Of a DNA stretch of 64,000 nt, positions 19,306 to 29,092 are shown in pieces. Source of the stretch: an uncultured Phascolarctobacterium sp. (GTDB lineage: Bacteria; Bacillota; Clostridia; Oscillospirales; Acutalibacteraceae); contig CAVHZY010000004.1 of assembly GCA_963640645.1 (NCBI GenBank), positions 16,228 through 80,227 of the forward strand. The letters run 5' to 3'. Positions within the stretch are counted from its first letter, which is position 1; each line of letters begins with the position of its first letter. The translations under genes were made by a program, and so were the position numbers. The notes below the pieces were generated by a model. It was not told where the DNA came from. It saw only the letters and a program-made list of their open reading frames with translations, and did no database searches.

Positions 19306-20849
19306 GAGGAAGCCCCTCCTTTCAGGAACGCGGCTGTCAACAGATTCTGATAGATGCCATTAATAATGTTTTTATACATATTATTGTAGGAGCTGCTTTG
19401 CTTTGGTAAATCTTTTAAAAAATATTGAACCAGTGCCGAAGCGGTTTCTTCTTTGTCATAAGCGGTAATGTCCTTTTGGTCCGGGACGGCGATGGTGGTG
19501 GCACTGCCTTCCGTTATGGTCAAATTGAATACTAGGGAGCCCAGCGTTTCCGAGTTCAGGCTGGCGCCTAAGGCAACGCTGCCGTCCTTATTTTCTGAGG
19601 ACACCAGTTCCAGCGCCACGCCGCCCTGCTCTTCATTTCCGGGCAGGACAAAGTTATCAGCGGTAATCCGGCCCAGGAGTTTTCCGTCCTCCCATTCCAA
19701 ATCCGAATAGGTGATGGTAGTGGATGTCTTGCCCAACTGAAGATGGGCCGTACCGCTGTCATCTTTGTCCGCATCCGGCGTAACGGAAGCCTGCAGCAGA
19801 TCCGAGCTGCCGACCCGGACCAGCAGGGCCATACCGCCCTCCGTTGCAGAGCGGATACCACTGACCATAAGGTCTTCTACGTTGCTCTGCGCCATGCACG
19901 TCATACCAACCGCTTCATTTTTCCGGTTCACGTAAAACTCCAGTGACACTTTTTGGGTTTCGGTTTCTTCCAGAACAGATTGTGCCAGGCTGCGCAACGT
20001 TTCCACTAATGCTTCATAGTCTTCTTCTGTCAACTGCTCTGTTTTACTTTGTGTTTTATTGATTTCCGTTCTTAGTTTGTTATCTTCCTTTAGGGTATTA
20101 CAGGTTACATTAATCCACTGTTCCAGGGTTGCGGCATCTATCAGAATATGGCACCGGGTTCCCGTTACGGTTTTATCCTCCACCTGCAATTCCATGTCCT
20201 TGGAAACGCCATAGGAAATATCCTTATTTACCGATTGGTATCCGGTCTTTACTGCCTTTAAAAAGCGGTGCTTTACCGTAGCATCTGCTTTTGTATAAAT
20301 TTTGTTTAACTGGTCCTTTTTGTTACTTTCCTTTGCCTCTTTAACCTGCATCCAGCCGGTTTCCAGACTGGCAATGTTCAGATAAGCGGATGCACCCACG
20401 TCTTTCCGCTGTACGGAAAGAACGGATCCATCCGGATCTGTCCAGTCCGCAGACCACTGGGAATTTCCTTCTTTTCGGTTGTATTCCAAATTCAACCGGG
20501 TGGATGCCAGGTAAGAGGCAAATCCTGCGCCGGCGCGCTGGCCGCCCAGCTCATTTTGGCCGTAAGTGGTCAGGCTGGCGGTTACCCCGCCTGTGGCCTG
20601 ATAAGAAACATCCTTGCCAAGGAACTCCTGCAGGTCTTCTGTTTCTTCCAGCACTTCGGAAAGGGCCTTAGCCGTTACATATTCCGTATACGCTTTATCC
20701 GTAGTTAACAGAAGGAACAGGCCACGCGGGCAGACCGCCAGCACCAGCGCTAACACCAGCAGCAGAGCCACTGCCGCGCCGCCGGCGCAAGCGCGCCGCT
20801 TTGCTTTTTTGGAAAGCCGCGCCGTGAATCCGGTTTTTACATAAGCCAT
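19302..20849 (-). CDS. hypothetical membrane-anchored extracytoplasmic protein
   Basis: 515 aa with a basic N-terminus and one TM segment (GGAAVALLLVLALVLAV). The rest is hydrophilic and contains no motif I recognise. Confidence 0.6.
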   Translation of the reverse strand: MAYVKTGFTARLSKKAKRRACAGGAAVALLLVLALVLAVCPRGLFLLLTTDKAYTEYVTAKALSEVLEETEDLQEFLGKDVSYQATGGVTASLTTYGQNELGGQRAGAGFASYLASTRLNLEYNRKEGNSQWSADWTDPDGSVLSVQRKDVGASAYLNIASLETGWMQVKEAKESNKKDQLNKIYTKADATVKHRFLKAVKTGYQSVNKDISYGVSKDMELQVEDKTVTGTRCHILIDAATLEQWINVTCNTLKEDNKLRTEINKTQSKTEQLTEEDYEALVETLRSLAQSVLEETETQKVSLEFYVNRKNEAVGMTCMAQSNVEDLMVSGIRSATEGGMALLVRVGSSDLLQASVTPDADKDDSGTAHLQLGKTSTTITYSDLEWEDGKLLGRITADNFVLPGNEEQGGVALELVSSENKDGSVALGASLNSETLGSLVFNLTITEGSATTIAVPDQKDITAYDKEETASALVQYFLKDLPKQSSSYNNMYKNIINGIYQNLLTAAFLKGGASS

Positions 20850-20881
20850 TTTATTCCCTCCGCTTCCTTTTCTTTTGCCTT

Positions 20882-20910
20882 ATTATAACATCTTCAAAAC
20901 CATCCTCAAA
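20882..20910 (-). promoter_or_regulatory. candidate sigma-A promoter for the 19302-20849 operon
   Basis: On the minus strand: -35 TTTGAG, a 17-nt spacer, then TGtTATAAT (extended -10). Confidence 0.4.
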
Positions 20911-20914
20911 ATAG

Positions 20915-20969
20915 CAAACAAAAAGCTCCCCTCCGAAACGGATCCGAATGGATCTGTTCGGAAGGGAGC
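20915..20969 (-). terminator. intrinsic terminator closing the pilus operon
   Basis: On the minus strand, a 14-bp hairpin GCUCCCUUCCGAAC...GUUUCGGAGGGGAGC is followed by UUUUUGUUU, 20 nt after the sortase stop codon. Confidence 0.8.
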
Positions 20970-20989
20970 ACAGCGGCGCCAATACGGTC

Positions 20990-21607
20990 TCATGCAGAGA
21001 CCCGATTGCAACGAACTGTTACCCTGGTCTTTCCTCCAGGCGTACAGGTGAAAAGCGTAAGTCCCCAGTCTCCGCTCTTCATTTCCTCTACCTGTTCCGG
21101 TTGCAATGTTTCTAAGGTTGCTACTTCATACGTATAAACATTTCCTTCAACATCCGTGAAGTAGATTTTGGCTCCGCTTGTTAAATTTTTCAAGCCACTG
21201 AAATGGCTACGGTAGTTGTGTGCTGCAATTACCATATTGTCAGCATAAACCGACCCGGCATATCGGCAGGGTGCAATCTTTAATTTGGCGTAACTCCAGT
21301 CTTCCATAACCGGAAGCTTTAGCCCCAGTGCCGGAATTTCCAATATACCAATATATTTATTACTCCCACCGCTTCGGTCTTTCATGGTAACGGTTGGCAT
21401 AGTACGGTCAGGGTCATCCGTCGGCATGCCGGTCTTTTCTTCTGCATTTTCTGTAATCTGTTCCTGCAATCCCGAAGCAATTTCTTCTGACTGCTTCCCT
21501 GCACGATTGGATTCCCAGATAAAATATCCCCCCAGGCAAAGGGCAATTCCCACAAGGACTACCCCCACCCAGATTAAAATCATTCCTTTTTTAGGCTTCT
21601 TCATCAT
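20990..21607 (-). CDS. sortase (non-class-C; class B/D-like), second sortase of the pilus locus
   Basis: N-terminal TM anchor, catalytic His context IAAHNY, TLxTC motif TLFTCTPGG and a downstream Arg (RVTVRC). The start is re-assigned to ATG at 21607 or 21604. Confidence 0.85.
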   Translation of the reverse strand: MMKKPKKGMILIWVGVVLVGIALCLGGYFIWESNRAGKQSEEIASGLQEQITENAEEKTGMPTDDPDRTMPTVTMKDRSGGSNKYIGILEIPALGLKLPVMEDWSYAKLKIAPCRYAGSVYADNMVIAAHNYRSHFSGLKNLTSGAKIYFTDVEGNVYTYEVATLETLQPEQVEEMKSGDWGLTLFTCTPGGKTRVTVRCNRVSA

Positions 21608-22535
21608 TTTTCCTATAACGCAACGTGCCGGCAATCAGGAACACCATTCCGCTTCCGGCCAGACCGGAAACCAAAGTCCAGTTTTGTCCGGTTCTTGGCA
21701 AAACAGTTTTTCCCTTTGTTTTCGTTGTTTTAGTCGTCTTCTTTGTCGGTGTTGCAACTTCCTTTTTGTTATAACAAATCTTAAAGATCAGGGTACCTTC
21801 TTCGCTTAAGTATTTTTTCACTTCTACCGTATATCCGTCCGGAACCTCCGGCTTAATAGAAAAGTCTTTTTCATAGCCTTCCTCGTCCAAACGGCCTTCC
21901 CACTCTTCCGCTTCCTTCACAGTAACTGTTTTGTAATATTCTTCGTCCTTATAAACCTCTACATCCAGTTCTTCCGGGAAGTCATCATCTGCCACCGGGC
22001 GGGTACAATAGAACCGCATGGAACGGAAAAAGCCTTCATAAACGTCCTTTTTGACTTCTACCTGCTTAGACCAGTTTGCGGTTCCGTCCTCATTCCACTC
22101 TGGCAAAGACAAAAGTGTTGCAACCGGTGCGTACACCTGATTGTCTTCCGTTACTACTTCATCGCCCATGATCAGATAGGCGCCTGCAGAAAGGCCGGTA
22201 AAGGTCACGTTTCCGCTTTCATCCGTGTCTTCCACCTGATCCGGATTAATTCCGGCATAGACATAATTTTCCAGGGTGGAGGCAGCTGACTCGCCTGTCA
22301 AATCTACCGGCGATTCATCCGTCTCTGATAAATCAGCAAAGTCTCCTACCAGGGTGTAGGTGCCGTCCCCATTGTAGTCTGCCACATGGTACAGGGAAAA
22401 CGTGGTGGGATAGTCAAAGGATACGGTGATACTTCCCCTGGCGTCCGCTGCCATGGCAAAAACAGACGGGCAAAGAACAGCAAAGACCAGCACCGCGGTG
22501 CAAAGTACACGACCCAAATTACGTTTCATTTTCAC
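21591..22535 (-). CDS. LPXTG-anchored minor (basal-type) pilin
   Basis: Signal peptide (MKMKRNLGRVLCTAVLVFAVLCPSVFA). The C-terminal sorting signal is LPRTG followed by a hydrophobic stretch and RYRKN. The protein is small and Ig-fold-like. Confidence 0.75.
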   Translation of the reverse strand: MKMKRNLGRVLCTAVLVFAVLCPSVFAMAADARGSITVSFDYPTTFSLYHVADYNGDGTYTLVGDFADLSETDESPVDLTGESAASTLENYVYAGINPDQVEDTDESGNVTFTGLSAGAYLIMGDEVVTEDNQVYAPVATLLSLPEWNEDGTANWSKQVEVKKDVYEGFFRSMRFYCTRPVADDDFPEELDVEVYKDEEYYKTVTVKEAEEWEGRLDEEGYEKDFSIKPEVPDGYTVEVKKYLSEEGTLIFKICYNKKEVATPTKKTTKTTKTKGKTVLPRTGQNWTLVSGLAGSGMVFLIAGTLRYRKNDEEA

Positions 22536-23508
22536 TGTTGTTTCCCTTCTTTCTGTGCTTCTTTTGCCGCTTCTGCTTCCCGGTTTTTTGGCGGTCCGGT
22601 TGCTGCGGCAGAACTAAAGAGGCAAAATCCTCTTCCTCCATTCCATGCATGGTATGGCTAATGGCCTCATGGAATACTTTATTTTGTTTCTTTTTCTTTT
22701 GCGTACTGACAATGACGTAAATTAATAATCCAAGCAGCAGGGGGGCTGCTACCAGTGGAGCCATCATTTCCGGTTCCATTTGAATTCCGTCAGCCGGGAT
22801 AGACGAACCGTCTAATACATTGCTGATCCGATGCCCTCTTACCAGCAACCGGTGCGTATTAATGCCATACGGCGTACAGGTAACCAGGGTGACATAATCT
22901 TTGCCATCTTCTATCCCAAGGCTGGTTAAATCTTCCGGTTCTACAATCAGAATCTGGTCCACTTCATAGGTCAGTGTTTCATTCAGCACGTGAATAACAA
23001 AAGTATCTCCTTCTGTCAGCTTGTCCAGTTTAGTAAACAGCTTGGCAGACGGTAAGCCGCGGTGACCGGAAATAACAGCATGGGTGCTTTCTCCACCCAC
23101 CGGCAGGGAAGACCATTCCACATGACCTACCCCATGCTCCAGTACTTCATCTGACGTGCCATGATAAATTGGTAAAGAAACATTCAGCTTCTCAATTTCC
23201 ACATATCCCATAACACCCATTCCTGCCAAATTCAGCAGGTTACGGTATTCTTTGTCCCGCTCCGGCGTTAAATTTGCCATCCCTTTCTGGGCCGCTAACG
23301 AGGCATTGTACGCACGGGCAGATTCCAGCTCCTTTGTATAATCCTCTGCACTCATCTTCCCCAACGCTTCTTCATACGCTGAAATAACCCGGGAAGAGTG
23401 AAAAGAATTCACGTAGTTACTGACACTGGGATACAGTATCAAGCAGAGTCCCACAAGAAAGACAACGGTTAAAAGAACCACTGTCCAATTCTTTTTCCAC
23501 CAGCTCAT
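22519..23508 (-). CDS. class C (pilin-polymerising) sortase
   Basis: N-terminal TM segment, His motif ISGHRG, TLVTCTPYGINTHRLLVRG, a second C-terminal TM segment, and a basic tail. Confidence 0.9.
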   Translation of the reverse strand: MSWWKKNWTVVLLTVVFLVGLCLILYPSVSNYVNSFHSSRVISAYEEALGKMSAEDYTKELESARAYNASLAAQKGMANLTPERDKEYRNLLNLAGMGVMGYVEIEKLNVSLPIYHGTSDEVLEHGVGHVEWSSLPVGGESTHAVISGHRGLPSAKLFTKLDKLTEGDTFVIHVLNETLTYEVDQILIVEPEDLTSLGIEDGKDYVTLVTCTPYGINTHRLLVRGHRISNVLDGSSIPADGIQMEPEMMAPLVAAPLLLGLLIYVIVSTQKKKKQNKVFHEAISHTMHGMEEEDFASLVLPQQPDRQKTGKQKRQKKHRKKGNNSENET

Positions 23509-23531
23509 AGGGCTCTCCTTGCTACCGTATC

Positions 23532-23564
23532 GGCTCCGGCCCTGCAGGGGGATGGGCCGGAGCC
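23532..23564 (-). promoter_or_regulatory. GC-rich intercistronic stem-loop between the major pilin and sortase genes
   Basis: An 11-bp perfect stem GGCUCCGGCCC/GGGCCGGAGCC with no U-tract. It lies 24 nt upstream of the sortase C start. Confidence 0.5.
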
Positions 23565-23616
23565 TCCGGTCATGAATTCGTCATCAGATCCTGAAAAGAG
23601 ATCTGCGTTCTAACGT

Positions 23617-25077
23617 TTAGTGTTCCTTAGAAACTCTGTACTTTGTTACCAGCAAAACGCCAGCTCCAATTACAAGGATTCCACCAAGAACATACAGCAG
23701 TACAGTACCTGTACCACCGGTTGTCGGCAGTTCCGCGCCGGACTTGTTTTCTACATTGGCCGTCAGAGCGCCAGTGGAAACGTTACCGGTAAACAGGTCT
23801 CCGCCAGTCAGAGAAGTCAGAACGGTAGTCCGTTCTTCTGCTTCCCAAACAGACTTGTGCTCTGCGGTAACCGTAAATTCGGTATCTTCAATGGCGTTGT
23901 AGCCACTCGGAGGAGTAACTTCCTTCAGAACATAGGTGCCGTCATCAATACCAGTTGCGGTAAATACGGTTCCGTCTGCATTCTTGGTCAGCTCAATCTT
24001 CTTTTCAGTGCCGTCTGCCATCTTCTTATAAAGTTCAAATTCTGCACCCTCCAGAGCGTTACCCTGGGTATCTACCTTGTTTACCACTACGTTGTAAGTG
24101 AAAACAATAACCTTATCGTGTTCGGTTTCATTGGTATCCTTCGGATATTCTTCATCTTCCGGAGAAGTGTTGTCCTGCGGATTAGCGGAATATTCCAGCC
24201 AGGCTTCGTTTACTTCACCATAGCTTCCGTTATGAGCGGATTCATTCAGCTTTGCAGTGTAATAAACATTTACTGTGTCATCTGCTTTTGCATACGGTTT
24301 CAGATCCTTAATAACAACGTTCATCTGATTTCCGCTGGTGGTTACCGTATAAGCGTCTTCCGGAAGAACGGTTCCGTTTACATAAACGTTTTCAATCTTC
24401 TCAAAGGTCAAGCCCTGTTCCATAACGTCATGGAAGGCATAGTAATAATGAGCATACTTATCAATATCTGTTGGAACGGTTCCCTGCAGCCGCATCGGAA
24501 CAGAGTCGCCGATGTCATAGTCTGCAGAATCCTGCCAGCCGGACTCATCATATTTCACCATTTCGCCGCTCAGGGTTTCTTTGCTGTCATTTACGTCATA
24601 AATCTTCTTATTGAAGTTCGGTGCCGTATTGGACTTCGGAGAAAGAACCACGTCTGCTCCTACCACTTCAACAATAATGTCAGAGTAGGAATCGCCTTTG
24701 GCCAAAGTGGTAACGTCCTTGGCAATATAGTATCCGGACGCAACGGAGGCGGAAGCATCCTTGCTTACGGTGGCAACCGGAGTGCTGCTGTAATCTACAT
24801 ATGCAGCTGCTTCTTTTGCGCTTTTGCCAAGCATTGCGTCTGCTGCCGCTTCAGCGGTATCAGCTGCAGCCGTGTTGGCGTTCTGGCCCCACTTAACGTT
24901 CGTCAGCTTGTTGCTGCTTACGTCGCCGGTAAAGACCTGATACAGTTCAAATGTGTGCGTACTGTCCGTACTTACGGTTGCGGTATCTGCCGCAAAACCC
25001 GGAATGCAAAGCATTGCTAGTAATGCCATGGAAAGCATTGCGGTAATGATTCGTTTCGTGAAAGTTTTCATAGTCAT
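23617..25077 (-). CDS. LPXTG major pilin (SpaA/FimA-type backbone subunit)
   Basis: Signal peptide, a candidate pilin-motif lysine (EEYPKD), an E-box-like YVLKEVTPPSGYN in a C-terminal CnaB-type domain, and sorting signal LPTTG followed by a TM segment and KYRVSKEH. Confidence 0.85.
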   Translation of the reverse strand: MTMKTFTKRIITAMLSMALLAMLCIPGFAADTATVSTDSTHTFELYQVFTGDVSSNKLTNVKWGQNANTAAADTAEAAADAMLGKSAKEAAAYVDYSSTPVATVSKDASASVASGYYIAKDVTTLAKGDSYSDIIVEVVGADVVLSPKSNTAPNFNKKIYDVNDSKETLSGEMVKYDESGWQDSADYDIGDSVPMRLQGTVPTDIDKYAHYYYAFHDVMEQGLTFEKIENVYVNGTVLPEDAYTVTTSGNQMNVVIKDLKPYAKADDTVNVYYTAKLNESAHNGSYGEVNEAWLEYSANPQDNTSPEDEEYPKDTNETEHDKVIVFTYNVVVNKVDTQGNALEGAEFELYKKMADGTEKKIELTKNADGTVFTATGIDDGTYVLKEVTPPSGYNAIEDTEFTVTAEHKSVWEAEERTTVLTSLTGGDLFTGNVSTGALTANVENKSGAELPTTGGTGTVLLYVLGGILVIGAGVLLVTKYRVSKEH

Positions 25078-25154
25078 TTCCTTTCTGTGTTTTATCTCAA
25101 ACTTCTTATTTCTACTAACTTCTTCCCTGGCGGGGGTTGGAATTTGGTTGTTCT

Positions 25155-28100
25155 TTATACGAACCCCTCCTTCCGTTTACGAAGCTTTCGCAACATAAGA
25201 AGTACGGATCCACCCATCAGCAGCAATCCTGCTGCCAGGTAGCCAAAGATTCCGCTTCCACCGGTGTGCGGCAGAACATATTCTTTGGCGGTTTCCGTAT
25301 TCGTAATGGTTACTTTTGTATACCCTAAGGTGTCTGTGTACTGCTGCGTTGCCGCATAAGTAGCTTCGTAACCATTCACTCCGGTTTCCTGTACGTAATA
25401 GTACAGGGTCTGTCCATTTTCGGTCAGCGGCAACTGATCAATCAGCAAAATCCACTGCTTGGCATCGCCGCTTACGGTGAAGTCCCCTTCTACCCTGGTG
25501 GCCTGTGCTGCAATATCTCCATTCACATCCAGATCTTTCTGCGTGGATTTATAAAGGGAAATTGCAATGGAACCATTCTTGTCTGCGGAAACATCCGTCC
25601 CATCTTTGTCTATCCAGACCTTCTGAATCAGAACCTGTGCACTTGGTGCCTTCTGATTGGCGATGTAAAGATTTCCGCCCGAAAGTAATTCCTGTCCACT
25701 AAAGCCATCCGGTTTTACGGTCGTTCCCCCATTATTTACATAGAAGTACGTTTTGGGGTTATCCGGCAGATTGTATCCACTTGGTGCCGCCGTTTCTTCT
25801 AAATAATAAGCGGTATCGTTGCTGATATCCGGCAGGGAAATCTTACCGCCGTCAGCAGTGGTATACGATCCTTCCTTTTCATAAGAGGAGCCGTTGTACC
25901 TGTAAAGATCAAACTTGGCACCATCCAGTTTTACATTGGCATTGGTTTCGTCAATCTTGTAAATGGTGGCTCCGGTTGCAGTTACCGTTGCAAAGCTCTT
26001 TTGTGCATAAATCTGACCCTGCCACTCTGTTGATTCCTCATCCGGTGTGGTTTTGCCAATAGCTGCTACATTGGTAACATTTAAAGAATTACCATCATAC
26101 TGGGTTGCCACCACTTTATAGGTGTACTCCAGTATAATGTTTTCGCCGTAGTCAATGGTAAAGTCCAGGTACTTCTTTACTACACCACGACCTCCTTCCG
26201 GAACATCTTCCGCCGTGGTATAGGAGTACAGATAAGAGCTGAGCGGTGTCTTTCCATCTTCCTTATAAACCTTTACGGAACTGGGAACCAGTTCAAAGTC
26301 TTTCCATAACCACCACGTGGTAAACGTAAGTGTGTCCCGAACACAGTATTTTGTATCGCCCTCCGAAACATAATTACTTGGATTTACCAAAACACGGTAG
26401 GTTACATATTCGTCTACCTGCGTTCCGGACTTTTGCAAGCTTGCCTTGTCAAAGGAACTTCCTCCAACAGAGGTTACGTTGATCAGGGAACCAAGTACCA
26501 GATCCGGAGTTGCTTTCTTGGCCAGGCTAACCTTGTTTTCATAATCCGTTGCTTCCGTTGGAATGCTGTCTTCGTCCAAAGAAACAACCGTAATCAGGTT
26601 CTTATTCTGACCACGAATCTGTCTTACCAGGTTTTTCGGAATTGTGATGGTTACTTTGCCATCTTTCTTTTCCGTTTCTACCTCATAATCCGTTCCGTTG
26701 TAGTTGATGGTTGTCTTTCCTTTATCCAGGTCTAAGTCGGTGCCCAGGAAGGTTAACTGCGTAAAGTCTGTTCCATCCGGAATTTCATCCGTAATAATAA
26801 CGTCTTCATCTACATCGCTTGGAATGTTAATGGAATTCTTCCAGGTCAGCTTATTTCCGTTCTTTTCCAGATCTTCCTTGGATACTTCGTCCGGATTGTC
26901 ATCATCTTCATCTGAAATCGGATTTTGATAGGTATAATTTGCACCAACGCCGATACCTTCATATCCGGTCAACGCAATCTTACTGGTATAGGTTGCTTTT
27001 GATGTTGCCGGCTGCTCCGTTACGGTGGTTTGATAATCTATCGGCAGGGTTTCGCCTGCAGCCAGCGCCTTATTCATTCTTACCAGCAGTTTCTTAAACC
27101 TGCCGGTTTGGCTTACGCTGCTGAGCGGAACACTGTTACCGCTGTCATCTACTGCATAAACGGTTCCGTCACTACCCAGCGTATTGGAAAGTGCCGTTAA
27201 ATTGGCTTTGGTAAAGACGTGGTTTGTGCCGTCCAGATCAATGGAGAATTCATATCCGGCTGCGGTAATGCTGTTTCCGTTGTCATCTACACCGCCGCCG
27301 TTCAGGGTTGCATTCCAATTTACGGTACGGCTGCCGTCACTGTTCAAAGCGCTTTGCTTGTAGGCATTCTCTACCGGGTTAAAGCCCTGATAGGTGGCTG
27401 TCGGCGTTGCCTGATAGGTCAGGCCGTTGTTGACCAGTGTTACGGCATTTTCAAAAGTTGTTTTTGCAAGAGTCAGGCTAACCGGCATATCATAGGAAAT
27501 CTGATAATAATGCCCGTTTGCACTGGAGTTAAACAGGATGCCGGATACATATCCGCTTGCATTTGTTTGTACTGCGTAATCTCCGGAAGATTCATCTACT
27601 GTGTTCCAGTCTCTCTTTACTCGAAGAGAAGACTTCAGAACCTTTCCAAGATAACTGTCATTTAAGGTTGCTCCCGCAATATCTAACCTGTCCCTGTTAA
27701 CATCTATTGTCCAGGTAACACTGTCATTTCCTGCTGAACCATTTGCTTCAAGGAAAACACCGCCGTACATAAAGGAGCTTCCGGCATTCACACTCTTTTC
27801 TCCGGTTACGCCGGTCCACTTTGCCGTTACGCTTGTAGTGCCATAAGTGGTTTTATTCTGTTCCACTGTCCCGGTAAATTCGGTGTTGTAAGTAATAACA
27901 TAGCTTTGTCCGGCAGACAGCGCATCCAGTGTCAGCGGGAATGACGAAGCAGTATATGTGCTTCCATCCGGTTTTTTGATGCTGATCTGACCAGTTGTTT
28001 TCAGCTGATTCAAATTGTTGGTAACCGAAATGGCACTGTTATTGGTTCCGGAGTTGGAATGCAGTGTCAAAGCAATGGTTCCCTGATATCCATCTGTGGA

Positions 28101-28994
28101 AAGAACGCTTTCACTGGCGGATAAATCGGAAGTTTCTACCTCGCCCGGCTCCGTTACCGGTTTGGTAAAGATGTAGCTGATAGAGCTGTTGAACTTTACG
28201 GTTTTTTCATCCGCTCCATCGCGAACCAGAGTGCCCTGGGAAGTAAAGGCAATGTCACCGGTCAGCTGGCTGCCATTGCTATTCTTGGTAACGTAGTCAT
28301 TATTGAAGGTGATGGTAATTAACCCGCTCTGGGAAATAACATACGTTCCGGCCTGCGTTCCGCTGTCATATACATTTCCGGTTTCCTGCGCTTTAATCTG
28401 GAAGGGCAGCTGATAGGAAATTTTGGTCTGACTTGCCGAAAGCTTGTTGCCCGGTAATACATACCGGATGTAAAACTTGATGGCAGCCCAGTCGTCAATT
28501 TCATATTTCCCGGAACTGTTTGCATTCAACGCCTGATTATTTACTTCCATGCTTACCTTGGTAATCATGTCTGTAAAATCAATGGTGGCGTCGTTGCTTG
28601 CCAGGGAGAACAAACTCGCCAGAAGAGGTTGTTCCTCTTCTGCTTCATCAGCGTAGCACCCACTGTTATGAGTGTGCTCTTCCTGCTGACATACCAGTTC
28701 CTGCGTTACGGTGTAACAGTCCGCCGTGTGTTGATGTTCGGCGTCCTCCACTGTGCAGGACAAGGTGGCAACCTCCTGGTAGCAGTCCTGTGTATGTGTA
28801 TGCTCTTCCAAACCACAGATTGTTTTGTTTTCCAGTGTGATTGCAGGCAGTATCAACATATAGGTTGTTGCAAAAACAACGGCCACTGCTGCAACCATAA
28901 AGGCCTTCCAGAGCCTGGAACGTCTCTTTACCTGAGTAATCACGTCGGCCTTTTTAACGTGAGGTCTTGTTTTAGCCCGCAAAAAAAGACACAC
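25155..28994 (-). CDS. large LPXTG tip adhesin with CnaB-type repeats
   Basis: 1279-aa ORF with an N-terminal signal anchor, three Cys/His-rich repeats, an adhesin-like region, an E-box YYLEETAAPSGYN, and sorting signal LPHTG followed by a TM segment and RKLRKRK. The start is ambiguous: GTG 28994, GTG 28943 or ATG 28898. Confidence 0.85.
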   Translation of the reverse strand: MCLFLRAKTRPHVKKADVITQVKRRSRLWKAFMVAAVAVVFATTYMLILPAITLENKTICGLEEHTHTQDCYQEVATLSCTVEDAEHQHTADCYTVTQELVCQQEEHTHNSGCYADEAEEEQPLLASLFSLASNDATIDFTDMITKVSMEVNNQALNANSSGKYEIDDWAAIKFYIRYVLPGNKLSASQTKISYQLPFQIKAQETGNVYDSGTQAGTYVISQSGLITITFNNDYVTKNSNGSQLTGDIAFTSQGTLVRDGADEKTVKFNSSISYIFTKPVTEPGEVETSDLSASESVLSTDGYQGTIALTLHSNSGTNNSAISVTNNLNQLKTTGQISIKKPDGSTYTASSFPLTLDALSAGQSYVITYNTEFTGTVEQNKTTYGTTSVTAKWTGVTGEKSVNAGSSFMYGGVFLEANGSAGNDSVTWTIDVNRDRLDIAGATLNDSYLGKVLKSSLRVKRDWNTVDESSGDYAVQTNASGYVSGILFNSSANGHYYQISYDMPVSLTLAKTTFENAVTLVNNGLTYQATPTATYQGFNPVENAYKQSALNSDGSRTVNWNATLNGGGVDDNGNSITAAGYEFSIDLDGTNHVFTKANLTALSNTLGSDGTVYAVDDSGNSVPLSSVSQTGRFKKLLVRMNKALAAGETLPIDYQTTVTEQPATSKATYTSKIALTGYEGIGVGANYTYQNPISDEDDDNPDEVSKEDLEKNGNKLTWKNSINIPSDVDEDVIITDEIPDGTDFTQLTFLGTDLDLDKGKTTINYNGTDYEVETEKKDGKVTITIPKNLVRQIRGQNKNLITVVSLDEDSIPTEATDYENKVSLAKKATPDLVLGSLINVTSVGGSSFDKASLQKSGTQVDEYVTYRVLVNPSNYVSEGDTKYCVRDTLTFTTWWLWKDFELVPSSVKVYKEDGKTPLSSYLYSYTTAEDVPEGGRGVVKKYLDFTIDYGENIILEYTYKVVATQYDGNSLNVTNVAAIGKTTPDEESTEWQGQIYAQKSFATVTATGATIYKIDETNANVKLDGAKFDLYRYNGSSYEKEGSYTTADGGKISLPDISNDTAYYLEETAAPSGYNLPDNPKTYFYVNNGGTTVKPDGFSGQELLSGGNLYIANQKAPSAQVLIQKVWIDKDGTDVSADKNGSIAISLYKSTQKDLDVNGDIAAQATRVEGDFTVSGDAKQWILLIDQLPLTENGQTLYYYVQETGVNGYEATYAATQQYTDTLGYTKVTITNTETAKEYVLPHTGGSGIFGYLAAGLLLMGGSVLLMLRKLRKRKEGFV

Positions 28995-29092
28995 CCCTTT
29001 CCTGAAAATTTTTTCAGAACCGACACTCCTTTAGGGAATGCAGTTCCAAGGTATACCGAGCCGCTGCTGTGCAGTCCAGCGGCCCTGTACCC

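Noticed and set aside
23620-25020. A 466-aa plus-strand ORF antisense to the major pilin gene.
   Set aside because: The minus-strand product has a signal peptide, pilin motifs and an LPXTG sorting signal. The antisense translation is low-complexity (C/F/I/V/R-rich) and lacks a start context.
28981-28987. A T7 tract (A7 on the plus strand) at the 5' end of the tip-adhesin ORF as a slipped-strand phase switch.
   Set aside because: Seven bases is short for efficient slippage. Depending on the true start (28943 or 28898), the tract may lie in the 5' UTR. There is no supporting evidence.
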